Assembly (NCBI GenBank): GCA_009995385.1
Contig: JAACPT010000002.1
Span: 759 to 64,758, forward strand
Source: Candidatus Parcubacteria bacterium
GTDB lineage: Bacteria > Patescibacteriota > Minisyncoccia > Phycocordibacterales > UBA918
Direction: 5' to 3'
Length of the DNA stretch: 64,000 nucleotides
Position 1 is the stretch's first letter. Each line of letters begins with the position of its first letter. This document shows positions 53,835-63,245 of this stretch, one piece after another. Below the pieces are notes generated by a model. It was given only the letters and a program-made list of their open reading frames with translations, was not told where the DNA came from and made no database searches. The position numbers and the translations under genes are program-made.

Positions 53835-55589
53835 ATGAACAAAAATATCAAACCCGAATCATCCATACATCTCATGGATAAGCTCATCGGTCTTATAGAG
53901 GCTATTCCTCACAGTGATCGTCTATTAGTACGAATCGCCTTTTTCCTATTCATCGGAACAACCGTCTGGCTCATCTTATCAATAAATCAAAATCACTCTG
54001 AAATTACACCAACCAGTGGTGGCTCTTTTATTGAAGGTGTTGTCGGTACCCCACGCTTCGTCAACCCAGCACTTGCATTCACTCGAGCTGACCAGGACAT
54101 CACCGCCCTCATCTACAGTGGTCTCCTTAAAATTGGAGAAGACGGTGTTCTTAAAAATGATCTCGCAGAAAATATTTCTATTTCTGAAGATGGACGCACC
54201 TATATAGTCACCCTTCGCAAAGACGTCACCTTTCATGACGGAACACCACTTACAGCTCGTGATGTTGCGTTTACCATTCACCTCATACAAGATCCCGACT
54301 TAAAGAGTCCACTGCGGGGAAATTGGAGCGACGTAACAGTTGAAGAAGTGAGCGAGTATGAATTACACATAAAACTTGAAGAAGTATACACTCCATTTAT
54401 CGAAAACTTTACCCTTGGGATTATGCCAGCACACGCCTGGAGTAATCTTCCTATTGAGCAACTCCCATTCAGCCAACTTAATACTGAACCTATCGGTTCT
54501 GGACCATTCTCTGTCACGGCTGCAAGACGAAGCACTTCTGGCGTTATTGAGCATTACACCTTAACTGCATTCCATGACAATGGCACCACACCAAAAATCG
54601 ACACCGTCGGTTTAGCTTTTTATCAAAATGAGGAACAACTACTCACCGCACTCGGAGAACATAAGATTGATGCTACAGCGTATGTGTCTTCAGAGCACAT
54701 TTCGCAAGTTGCAGCGCTTGGATATCAAACAGTTGAACAATCACTCCCCCGAGTGTTTGCTATTTTCTTTAATCAGAACCGCTCAGCCGCACTTCGCGAT
54801 ACAGCTGTGCGGAATGCATTGACAGCTGCAATCAATCGAGATGTACTCATTGAAAATGCACTACAAGGACACGGTGTCCCCATTTCCACTCCTACCATAC
54901 TTGGATCATCTACGTTAGAATCAACAGGAAGCATCGCAAACGAAGCGACATCATCCGAAAGTGAACGTGCAGTTGCTATACTAAAAGCTGGTAACTGGAC
55001 CAAAAATGACCTTGGTCTCTGGGAGAAAAAGATTGATAAAGAGCTTGTGGCACTTACTGTTACACTTAAGACTAGCAACAGCCCATTCTTTGCTAATTTA
55101 GTTGATTCCATCACGAAACAGTGGGAAGCGATTGGCGTGCAAGTAACCGTTGAGCAGTTCGAACAAACTGGCTTGGTACAATCGGTGATTAGACCACGCG
55201 ATTTTGAAGCACTGCTCTTTGGTCTTGATATGAGTAGGTCGCATGATTTATATCCTTTCTGGCATTCTTCACAGCAAGATGATCCAGGACTTAATATCGC
55301 ACAGTACGCAAACGTTGAAGTTGATAAACTACTAGAAAAAGCTCGAACTGAACCATACGGAGTAGGGAGAATCGAATTACTACATTCAGCTAGTGACATC
55401 ATCGTCAAAGAACAACCAGCAATCTTTCTATTTCAACCAACATTTACTTATGTAATCGCTGAAGATATGTTTATCGCAGAAATGAAAGAATTAGGTCGTC
55501 CGACTGACCGTTTCAGTAATATTGCACTATGGTACACCGAAAATGACTCACTTTGGACGATATTCCGAAAAAACAACAGTGAAGAATAA
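53835..55589 (+). CDS. ABC transporter substrate-binding protein, family 5 (peptide/nickel)
   Basis: GG...EG.VG.P...NP; LIYSGL; DLAE; FHDGTPLTA.DV.FT; PIGSGPF; VR.AL..AINR. Confidence 0.92.
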   Translation: MNKNIKPESSIHLMDKLIGLIEAIPHSDRLLVRIAFFLFIGTTVWLILSINQNHSEITPTSGGSFIEGVVGTPRFVNPALAFTRADQDITALIYSGLLKIGEDGVLKNDLAENISISEDGRTYIVTLRKDVTFHDGTPLTARDVAFTIHLIQDPDLKSPLRGNWSDVTVEEVSEYELHIKLEEVYTPFIENFTLGIMPAHAWSNLPIEQLPFSQLNTEPIGSGPFSVTAARRSTSGVIEHYTLTAFHDNGTTPKIDTVGLAFYQNEEQLLTALGEHKIDATAYVSSEHISQVAALGYQTVEQSLPRVFAIFFNQNRSAALRDTAVRNALTAAINRDVLIENALQGHGVPISTPTILGSSTLESTGSIANEATSSESERAVAILKAGNWTKNDLGLWEKKIDKELVALTVTLKTSNSPFFANLVDSITKQWEAIGVQVTVEQFEQTGLVQSVIRPRDFEALLFGLDMSRSHDLYPFWHSSQQDDPGLNIAQYANVEVDKLLEKARTEPYGVGRIELLHSASDIIVKEQPAIFLFQPTFTYVIAEDMFIAEMKELGRPTDRFSNIALWYTENDSLWTIFRKNNSEE

Positions 55590-55617
55590 CTTTTACAGAA
55601 ATCATTAGAAATAATTT

Positions 55618-57636
55618 ATGGACACAACAAACAACAACCCACAACCAGGAACAAATAACCGTAATCGAAGAACGTACCGAAACTACAAATCATCCACCCC
55701 AGCCGCTAATGGTAACCGAGCGAGAACAGGAACCAGTCCCCATTATCAAGCGCGCAGACAACCAGGATCTCGACCCACTACTAGTAGCGCACCAAGACCA
55801 GATGCTACCAATCGACCAGCTGGGCGTCGAAGCAGTAACAGCAACCGAAACCGGCGTAACAATGGTGGTGGTAATCGTCGCCGATCTGACAAAGCACCAG
55901 CGCTTACTCACCGCCTCGATGTGACTGACCAAAAATCAGTTTTCATTCCAGAGATTACCGATGCAGATACTGTACGCATCATCCCTGTATCGGGAGTAGA
56001 AGAAATTGGTCGCAACATGAACATCATTGAAACCAAAGATGACATTATTGTCATCGATGCTGGGTTTCAGTTCGTGTCTGAGGAAAGTAATGCGCCAGGC
56101 ATTGATTACATCTTACCGAACACGCAGTACTTGGAAGAGCGCAAGGACAAAATTCGTGCGCTTGTTATCACCCACGGTCACCTTGACCACATTGGCGGCA
56201 TTCCATTCATCATGGAACGTATCGGCAACCCGCCGATCTACACGCAGTACCTCACCTCACTCATGATCCTTAAACGTCAGGAGGAGTTTCCACACATGGA
56301 GCCAGTAAAGATGAATGTTGTAAAAGAAGGAGAGTCATTCACGGTCGGCAGTACTAAAATTAAAACATTTCCAGTCACCCACTCAATTCCAGATGCCATG
56401 GGTGTTTGTGTTGAGACAAAGCATGGAGACGTTGTTATCACCGGTGACATTAAACTAGTGCACGAAGAAGGTAAAGTAGTCGTTGAAGAACGGGCGTCAT
56501 GGGAAAAAGTCGGGCTCAACAAAAACCTCGCGCTGCTCTGCGATTCTACCAATGCCGACCGTCAAGGTTTTTCAGCTTCTGAGGCTCGCGTATTTTTGAC
56601 CCTTGAAGAAATCATCCACAACACTACTGGTCGTCTGATTATCGGTACCTTCGCTTCACAATTTGACCGACTCATCAGTATCATTAAGGTCTGTGAAGAG
56701 ATGGGTAAGAAAGTGGTCATGGAAGGTCGCAGTATCAAGACAAATATTGATATCGCGATTGAAGCGAAGCTAATGGAAGTTAAACAAAGTACATTCATCA
56801 ACGCCGGCGATATTAATGATTATCCAGCAGATCGCATCGTTGTTCTATCAACCGGAGCACAAGGAGAGCAGTATGCTGCCTTGATGCGCATGGCGACCGA
56901 TAAACATAAATTCATCAATCTTACAGAGCGAGATACTATTGTGCTTTCATCATCAGTTATTCCAGGAAATGAAATTGCAGTGCAAAAACTCAAAGATAAT
57001 ATTTATCGCAAAAATGTAAAGGTGATTAACTACCAAGGTTCTCATGTACACTCGTCTGGGCATGGTAACGCTGGAGAACTCGTATGGGTACACCAAGCAG
57101 TAAAGCCGAACTTCTTGATACCTGTTCATGGACACCACTATCACTTGAAAAGTCATATGTATGCAGCCGTGGAAAATGGTTTCCCCCGAGAAAATATCGC
57201 AGTCCCCGATAATGGAACAATCATCGAGATCAAGAACGGTACTGAAATGACTATTCTTCCAATGAAAATACCTACCGAACTCATGATGGTAGATGGATTC
57301 ACTGTAGGAACGAGGCAGGAAGTAGTACTCCGTGATCGGCAGACTCTGTCTGAAGATGGTATGTTTGTCATCATTGCCACCGTTAATACCAAGAACGGAA
57401 AACTGCGAAAGTCGCCTGATATCATTTCCCGTGGATTCGTCTATTTAAGAGAGAATCAACAACTTCTCTCAGAAGCAAGAGTCCTCATTAAGAAGACAGT
57501 TGAAAGACAAACTGAGCACATGAACCCAATTGATCTTGAGCTCGTGAAAGACGATCTCACTGATGTTGTAAGTGGATTCTTAATGCAAAAAACGCAGAAG
57601 AGCCCAATGGTAATTCCAGTGTTGATCGGTATTTAA
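55618..57636 (+). CDS. rnj: Ribonuclease J with long disordered N-terminal extension
   Basis: G.EEIGRNM; THGHLDHIGG; HSIPDA; TGDIK; HSSGH; PVHGH; PDIISRGFVY. Confidence 0.96.
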   Translation: MDTTNNNPQPGTNNRNRRTYRNYKSSTPAANGNRARTGTSPHYQARRQPGSRPTTSSAPRPDATNRPAGRRSSNSNRNRRNNGGGNRRRSDKAPALTHRLDVTDQKSVFIPEITDADTVRIIPVSGVEEIGRNMNIIETKDDIIVIDAGFQFVSEESNAPGIDYILPNTQYLEERKDKIRALVITHGHLDHIGGIPFIMERIGNPPIYTQYLTSLMILKRQEEFPHMEPVKMNVVKEGESFTVGSTKIKTFPVTHSIPDAMGVCVETKHGDVVITGDIKLVHEEGKVVVEERASWEKVGLNKNLALLCDSTNADRQGFSASEARVFLTLEEIIHNTTGRLIIGTFASQFDRLISIIKVCEEMGKKVVMEGRSIKTNIDIAIEAKLMEVKQSTFINAGDINDYPADRIVVLSTGAQGEQYAALMRMATDKHKFINLTERDTIVLSSSVIPGNEIAVQKLKDNIYRKNVKVINYQGSHVHSSGHGNAGELVWVHQAVKPNFLIPVHGHHYHLKSHMYAAVENGFPRENIAVPDNGTIIEIKNGTEMTILPMKIPTELMMVDGFTVGTRQEVVLRDRQTLSEDGMFVIIATVNTKNGKLRKSPDIISRGFVYLRENQQLLSEARVLIKKTVERQTEHMNPIDLELVKDDLTDVVSGFLMQKTQKSPMVIPVLIGI

Positions 57637-57644
57637 GCTAAATT

Positions 57645-57709
57645 AATAAAACCGCCAATAAATTTTCTTCATCAAAAACTGAAGAAAATCTTGTTGGCAG
57701 TTTTTTATT
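57645..57709 (+). terminator. Terminator after rnj
   Basis: Long imperfect hairpin (gccaata..ttttcttc/gaagaaaa..tgttggc) followed by a T-tract. Confidence 0.55.
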
Positions 57710-57768
57710 TATCTTGATTGTTAATAGCTAAAAAAAATAGTGCTTTTATTGGCTATACTGTACCTACT

Positions 57769-58971
57769 ATGCCAAGAACTACATCTGCAACGTCAGTGCC
57801 TATCCATCCGTACAAAAGACACCCGTTACCAATATATGTGACTTCCCTGCTTCTTATTTTTCACTCTTATTTAGTAGCCTACATCAATTCTTCGTTCCTC
57901 GAACAATTCATATCGGCAACCGAAGTCGGTGCAGTATATATCATCGGATCAGCCTTAACCGTCCTTATCTTTCTCTTTATTTCTCGCGTGTTGAGAAAAA
58001 TTGGTAACTATAAATGGAGCCTCGTACTGATTTCGCTAAACTTTGCCGCCGTAGCGGGAATGGCATATACAAATGAATTGCGAGTAGCAGTACCACTCTT
58101 CATTATCCACTTAATCTCAGTCACACTGATATTCTTCAATCTCGATGTGTTCATGGAAGAACAAATTGGCATTAATGAAACTACTACCGGCAGTAAGCGT
58201 GGACTACTCCTTACCTTGATAAGTCTTGTCGGCGCAACATCCCCTCTCATTGGGTCATTACTCGTTGATGGTAACGAAACAGCATTTACCTATCCATACT
58301 TACTCAGTGCAGCCACGCTTATCCCTGTTATTATTATCTTGCTTTTCTTCTTTAGAGACTTTTCTGATCCAGAGTACAATGAGATAGACATCTTTTCCGC
58401 TATCAGAAGTTTTTGGCGTTCAGTCAGTATTCGTCATGTTTTTTTGGCACATTTTGCACTCCAGATGTTTTTCATGTTAATGGTAGTGTATATTCCGATT
58501 TATCTCACCAAAGATATTGGTCTTTCGTGGGCAGAATTTGGTGTCGTCATGTTTTTTGGACAACTTGCATATGTAGTATTTGAGTATCCGATTGGCATCA
58601 TCGCTGACCGATACATTGGAGAAAAAGAAATGATGGGATTTGGTTTTTTGATACTGATTATTTCCACTTCATGGATAGCCTTCGTCACTTCAACCAGTAT
58701 TCTAGTCTGGTCAATCATCATGTTTGTCACTCGTATCGGCGCCAGCTTGGTCGAGGTGACCACTGAAAGCTACTTTTTTAAGCAAACAAAAAGTAACGAC
58801 GCACAGATTATTAGTTTCTTCCGTATCACCCGACCACTTGCTTATGTAACCGGTGCGATATTAGGAAGTCTGGCACTGCTCTACGTACCATTCAATTTAC
58901 TTTTTATTGTCTTCACAATACTTTTTGTACCGGCGATGTTTGGTACCATTAATATCATTGATACTAAATAA
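57769..58971 (+). CDS. Major facilitator superfamily transporter
   Basis: About 12 hydrophobic segments; G.IADRYIG.K motif; start ATG 57769 after TATACT. Confidence 0.88.
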   Translation: MPRTTSATSVPIHPYKRHPLPIYVTSLLLIFHSYLVAYINSSFLEQFISATEVGAVYIIGSALTVLIFLFISRVLRKIGNYKWSLVLISLNFAAVAGMAYTNELRVAVPLFIIHLISVTLIFFNLDVFMEEQIGINETTTGSKRGLLLTLISLVGATSPLIGSLLVDGNETAFTYPYLLSAATLIPVIIILLFFFRDFSDPEYNEIDIFSAIRSFWRSVSIRHVFLAHFALQMFFMLMVVYIPIYLTKDIGLSWAEFGVVMFFGQLAYVVFEYPIGIIADRYIGEKEMMGFGFLILIISTSWIAFVTSTSILVWSIIMFVTRIGASLVEVTTESYFFKQTKSNDAQIISFFRITRPLAYVTGAILGSLALLYVPFNLLFIVFTILFVPAMFGTINIIDTK

Positions 58972-58972
58972 T

Positions 58973-59788
58973 CTACGGAAGTTGGTACCTCTCATTGTTT
59001 TTGCATAGTAGTCCCTCAACTTGAAGGCAAAAAAGTTGAGTGACAATTCGTTCAGTAGCAAAATTTGGTAGAAGGCTCTGCAGCTCTGCAGTAGTGATCA
59101 CATTTTTTTCACTCAATAATTTTATGATTGCACCGCGCAACTGTCGGTCACTGCCAGCAAAAGTGGTTTGTTTTCTGTAGTGTGTACTCTTGCGATTCAT
59201 ATTTCCATACCGCTGTTTCAAAAATGAACCGTAATCCATGAGTGCGTAGTACCATTCTCTCCAGTCGCTTTCTGGCAGAGTCTTCTCAATCAATTGCAAT
59301 ATCGCATCATCTGATACAGTTTCATTTTTAGAGAAAAAATGATGGATGAATACCTGCCGTATATTTGTCTCTATCAACAACACTGACTGATTGTATGCAA
59401 ACGCCATAATCGCTCCCGCTGTATAAGTACCAACACCAGGCAAGGTTCGCAGGTTGAGCGCTTCACGCGGAAAAGTACCATGGTAGAGAGATACAATTTC
59501 TTGTCCCGCTTGCCACAAAAATTTAGCCCGACGATTGTAACCGAGTCCCTGCCAAACTCTAAGCACATCAGAAAGTGGCGCGGCAGCAAGTCGCTGTACG
59601 GTTGGAAATAGTTTCAGAAACTCTCTGTATTTTGGTATTACGCGTTCGACTTGCGTCTGTTGCAGCATGACTTCAGAAACCAAAATTCGGTAAGGATTAC
59701 GTGTTTTTCGCCACGGTAGATTATGTCGCCCGTACGTGGAATAATACTCCCACACCGTTTTTACAAACTGTTGCTTTTTTCTATTCAT
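58973..59788 (-). CDS. mutY: A/G-specific adenine glycosylase MutY-like (HhH-GPD), short form without Fe-S motif
   Basis: LPWR....PYRILVSEVMLQQTQV; W.GLGYNRRA; LPGVG.YTA.AI; ALMDYGS; no Cys4 cluster motif. Start ATG 59788. Confidence 0.85.
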   Translation of the reverse strand: MNRKKQQFVKTVWEYYSTYGRHNLPWRKTRNPYRILVSEVMLQQTQVERVIPKYREFLKLFPTVQRLAAAPLSDVLRVWQGLGYNRRAKFLWQAGQEIVSLYHGTFPREALNLRTLPGVGTYTAGAIMAFAYNQSVLLIETNIRQVFIHHFFSKNETVSDDAILQLIEKTLPESDWREWYYALMDYGSFLKQRYGNMNRKSTHYRKQTTFAGSDRQLRGAIIKLLSEKNVITTAELQSLLPNFATERIVTQLFCLQVEGLLCKNNERYQLP

Positions 59789-61151
59789 TGAATAATTGTG
59801 CTCTTGCCGAGTATTTTTCAATGTATTTTGCAACAGCAAATTTTTTTTTAGCCCCAGCAAAATTCATGTATCTAATCTTGCCAAAAACCTGACGTTCATT
59901 CCACGCCCGATCATGTACCCCACAAATTGACCACATGATGCCAGTGATTCCACTTGGATCATTACCGTCGAGACTATATTTATCATTGAGATATATTGCT
60001 GTATCAATTGCGACTTGGGCTGTCGGTGTCCACTCTAAAATCTTCTTTGCCCAATACATACGACACCAACCATGTAACTTACCGTTTTTCACCAATTGTC
60101 GTTGCATCGCATTCCACAGTTCATCGTGTGTCTTTCCAGTCTCAAACTCTTCGCTTTCGTACACATAGTCTCGAGTATCACAAGCGTGCTCAGCAATAGT
60201 CTTCTGCGCCCAAGCATGAGCACCTATTACCAGGTTGTAGGATTGATTGTAATAGCAAAAATTATCTGCCAGTTCACGACGCACGATGAGCTCTTCAAGA
60301 AACGCATCCCGACTCTCTTTGTTACTGTCATACGCTTTACTAACTTGTCGCGCTACCCACTGAGCGGATAGTTGCCCATAGTGCAGATATGGTGATAAAT
60401 CTGATTGCCCATTTTTGGTTGGGTCATTTCTATCAGTACTGTATGTAGTTAATCCATTCAAAATAAAATGCCGTGTTTTTGCTTTACCAGCATGTGCACC
60501 TGGAATAAGCCAATCAACCGGCGCTACCAATCGATCAGCTAAAACTGTCTTTCGTAGCAAGGCAAAGTCTGGTTCGTCCATTGTGACAGTAGCTCCATAC
60601 GAATGTGGCACCACTTCCGGAAAATCAGTTAAGTACTGCGATAATTTTCTATGTACCTTCGGGCGGAAGGTGTAAGCGGCAAACTCTTCCTTATCGCTAG
60701 CTACCCAGCAAGGAATACTATTATGTGCATCAACTTCACTCATACGTACTGAAATACCCTTTGCTACTGTTTCCTTCCAAGAGCGGATAAATCGTAACGG
60801 ATTAAAATCAGTCACCACCTCACCAGCAGCAATGTGCGTAGCAAATGCTGGTACAGTCATGGTTGGGTCACCTTGCAGTATACAAAAAAATATATTAAGA
60901 GACGCTAGTCGTGAAGCAGTCTCTTCGAGACCGTGTAGCATAAAATCATACTGTCGCCACGATGCTCCAGCAAACGTCGGCACAAGATTAAACACTACAT
61001 AAAGTGGTGTCTGTTTTTCCAGCGCTCGCTCCTGTGCGTAGAGTAGTGCCCAATTATCATCTACTCGTTGGTCGCGTTGCATCCAATACACTACCGGACC
61101 TGATTTTGCCTCCAGCTGGTTTATTGCCCGTACTCTTGTATCATCAACCAT
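59781..61151 (-). CDS. phrB: Class II CPD DNA photolyase
   Basis: VVYWMQRDQR..DNWAL; S.LSPYLHYGQLS; EELIVRRELADNFC; THD.LWNA; RMYWAKKILEW; GKIRYMN. Confidence 0.95.
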   Translation of the reverse strand: MVDDTRVRAINQLEAKSGPVVYWMQRDQRVDDNWALLYAQERALEKQTPLYVVFNLVPTFAGASWRQYDFMLHGLEETASRLASLNIFFCILQGDPTMTVPAFATHIAAGEVVTDFNPLRFIRSWKETVAKGISVRMSEVDAHNSIPCWVASDKEEFAAYTFRPKVHRKLSQYLTDFPEVVPHSYGATVTMDEPDFALLRKTVLADRLVAPVDWLIPGAHAGKAKTRHFILNGLTTYSTDRNDPTKNGQSDLSPYLHYGQLSAQWVARQVSKAYDSNKESRDAFLEELIVRRELADNFCYYNQSYNLVIGAHAWAQKTIAEHACDTRDYVYESEEFETGKTHDELWNAMQRQLVKNGKLHGWCRMYWAKKILEWTPTAQVAIDTAIYLNDKYSLDGNDPSGITGIMWSICGVHDRAWNERQVFGKIRYMNFAGAKKKFAVAKYIEKYSARAQLFNE

Positions 61152-61156
61152 ACGCC

Positions 61157-61381
61157 TTACTCGACGATCTCATAATCGACATGCGGGGGTTTTCGTTTTG
61201 GCATCAAAACCCATGCAGCAAAATACAGTAGTAATCCTGGGAAAAAACCAGTTACTATTAAAAAAGTGACGGCAATAATACGAAACAGCACTGGATCTTG
61301 ACCAAAATATTCTGCCAAACCCGCCACCACTCCAGATACCACTGCTTTTTCTTGATCCCGTTCTAGTCGTTTCTTTTTCAT
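61157..61381 (-). CDS. PspC domain protein
   Basis: KRLER......SGV.AGLAEYFG.DP.LFR...Y.AAW.LMP. Start ATG 61381. Confidence 0.9.
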   Translation of the reverse strand: MKKKRLERDQEKAVVSGVVAGLAEYFGQDPVLFRIIAVTFLIVTGFFPGLLLYFAAWVLMPKRKPPHVDYEIVE

Positions 61382-61400
61382 ATCGATACAGTATAGCAAA

Positions 61401-62096
61401 TTACATCGTACCAATCGTATAAATCACATCTTTTCGTTCTACTATCACTGGCCACCCTACTCGTTTTGCGTAGGTATATAAGCGTTCATTAGGATTAAAA
61501 CAGATTGGCTGGGCTACTGTTTCAAGTAGTGATATATCTCCGTCGGTATCACCAACTGCCAAAGAATGTTCTCTAGAAAGTGTAGCATTCCGATCAAATA
61601 CCCGATTAACGATATTTGCTTTATTCTTTATAAGATGTTCATCGGTAACAATGCCAGTGAATTGGTCTTGCGGACCAATCTCATAGAAGCGACCATACAC
61701 TTTATCAAATCCATACTGTAGACAGAATTCATCAAGCACGGTTTTCGGTGACTGAGAAATAGCCACCAGGTAGTAATCTTGTGCTTTCAACTGTGCAATC
61801 AAATCACGAGTATACCGATAGACATGCTTACTCTGCTCAGCCACAACGTGCTGACCGATTTCTACAAATGTGCGGTAATGCACTCCTTTGATGTACTGTA
61901 AGAAGGATTTGACGACTGCTTCAATGTATCCTTGATACTCTCCTTCACGCGCCCGCCACGCCTGCTTTTCCATTTCATATTGTAATGCCGCTTCGGGAGG
62001 AAAGACATCTTCCTTAATCAACTGCTCCACTAATTCAACCAGCAGACTAGAGCGAAAGACGGTCCCGTCGATATCAAAGAAAGCTACTGGTCTCAT
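61401..62096 (-). CDS. HAD-IB family hydrolase (SerB-like)
   Basis: AFFDIDGT; ISQSP; K; AVGDTDGD; NP. Confidence 0.92.
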   Translation of the reverse strand: MRPVAFFDIDGTVFRSSLLVELVEQLIKEDVFPPEAALQYEMEKQAWRAREGEYQGYIEAVVKSFLQYIKGVHYRTFVEIGQHVVAEQSKHVYRYTRDLIAQLKAQDYYLVAISQSPKTVLDEFCLQYGFDKVYGRFYEIGPQDQFTGIVTDEHLIKNKANIVNRVFDRNATLSREHSLAVGDTDGDISLLETVAQPICFNPNERLYTYAKRVGWPVIVERKDVIYTIGTM

Positions 62097-62119
62097 ACGT
62101 ACGTAAAATGCAATTGTGA

Positions 62120-63241
62120 CTAGCCTCTCGCAGTCTTAATAACCACATCAGTAATCGATCCAAAAGTAATCACTAGAAGAATAAGTAGTGCCACTTGCCC
62201 AATTATCGGCAAGAGCATAAAGAAAGCAATTCCAACAGTACCAACTATCACCGATAGTAATGTCAATTGCTGATTGGGGCGATCAAAGATATACAGCAGA
62301 AACTGTCCCAGTACAGCACTCATTGCGATGAGACTGAGCACAATAAGTAGTGCGTACCCAAGTAGCAAAACAAAACTTACTAGCGTGCCAATCATACTGA
62401 CAAACAGAAGTACAAACGCAATCGGTACAAGAAACATAACCACCAGTCCTAAAATAAATGGGCGCACGCTTTTAGAAACCGCTCGATTAACTACTACCGT
62501 CAATGTTTTTTTGGATACCAAATACCATGTCAGTACCGAGAAGAGAAGGACTAAAAGTGGTATCACCGCTGCTTTAATGGTTGGCGTACTTCCAAGGAGC
62601 ACAGGGTCACTACGAACTATATTTCCACTCACGGTGGCGTTAAGCGACTGAGTTAGTAACAGTTCGCTCGTATATCGTACTGAGCCCGTCACTACTGCCC
62701 GATCGCCAAGCACAAGTTGGTCTACCCTTACATCAATATCGCCAACTACCGGTGCATCAATTCGAAGCGTCATTGCAGTACCAAGTACGTCACCACCAAC
62801 TGAACCTTCAATTGTTGCGTCGGTGACAAAAAGTAGCACGTCCCCCGACACCGATGCAGTCGAGAGGATACGAAGCGAACCACCAATGACTAATAAGTCT
62901 CCCATAATTGGCTCAGCAATGGTGGTGTCTCCAGAAATAATTCTAAGATCATCTCCCACAGTGCCATGGATATCAGTCTTAAGTGCTACTAGAAATGCAT
63001 TGTCAGTTACCGATCCATTGAGGACAACCTGACCGGCTGCGACAATCAGATCTTCTGATATTGCCCCTGAAATATTAACCGTACTACCAATAGCATATAA
63101 ATCTCCTTCGACAAACTGATCTTCCGTTAAGGAAACTGATTGTCCGGTACGGACCACTGTATTAGCGTATGCAGGCAATGAAGATATGAACGCCAGGGTT
63201 AGTATAAAAACAAAAAAAAGTGATTGGTGTATTCTGGTCAT
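62120..63241 (-). CDS. Bactofilin-like (polymer-forming) beta-helix repeat membrane protein
   Basis: Signal peptide; repeated V.GD....G..V.I.G units; four C-terminal TMs. Confidence 0.8.
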   Translation of the reverse strand: MTRIHQSLFFVFILTLAFISSLPAYANTVVRTGQSVSLTEDQFVEGDLYAIGSTVNISGAISEDLIVAAGQVVLNGSVTDNAFLVALKTDIHGTVGDDLRIISGDTTIAEPIMGDLLVIGGSLRILSTASVSGDVLLFVTDATIEGSVGGDVLGTAMTLRIDAPVVGDIDVRVDQLVLGDRAVVTGSVRYTSELLLTQSLNATVSGNIVRSDPVLLGSTPTIKAAVIPLLVLLFSVLTWYLVSKKTLTVVVNRAVSKSVRPFILGLVVMFLVPIAFVLLFVSMIGTLVSFVLLLGYALLIVLSLIAMSAVLGQFLLYIFDRPNQQLTLLSVIVGTVGIAFFMLLPIIGQVALLILLVITFGSITDVVIKTARG

Positions 63242-63245
63242 GTAT

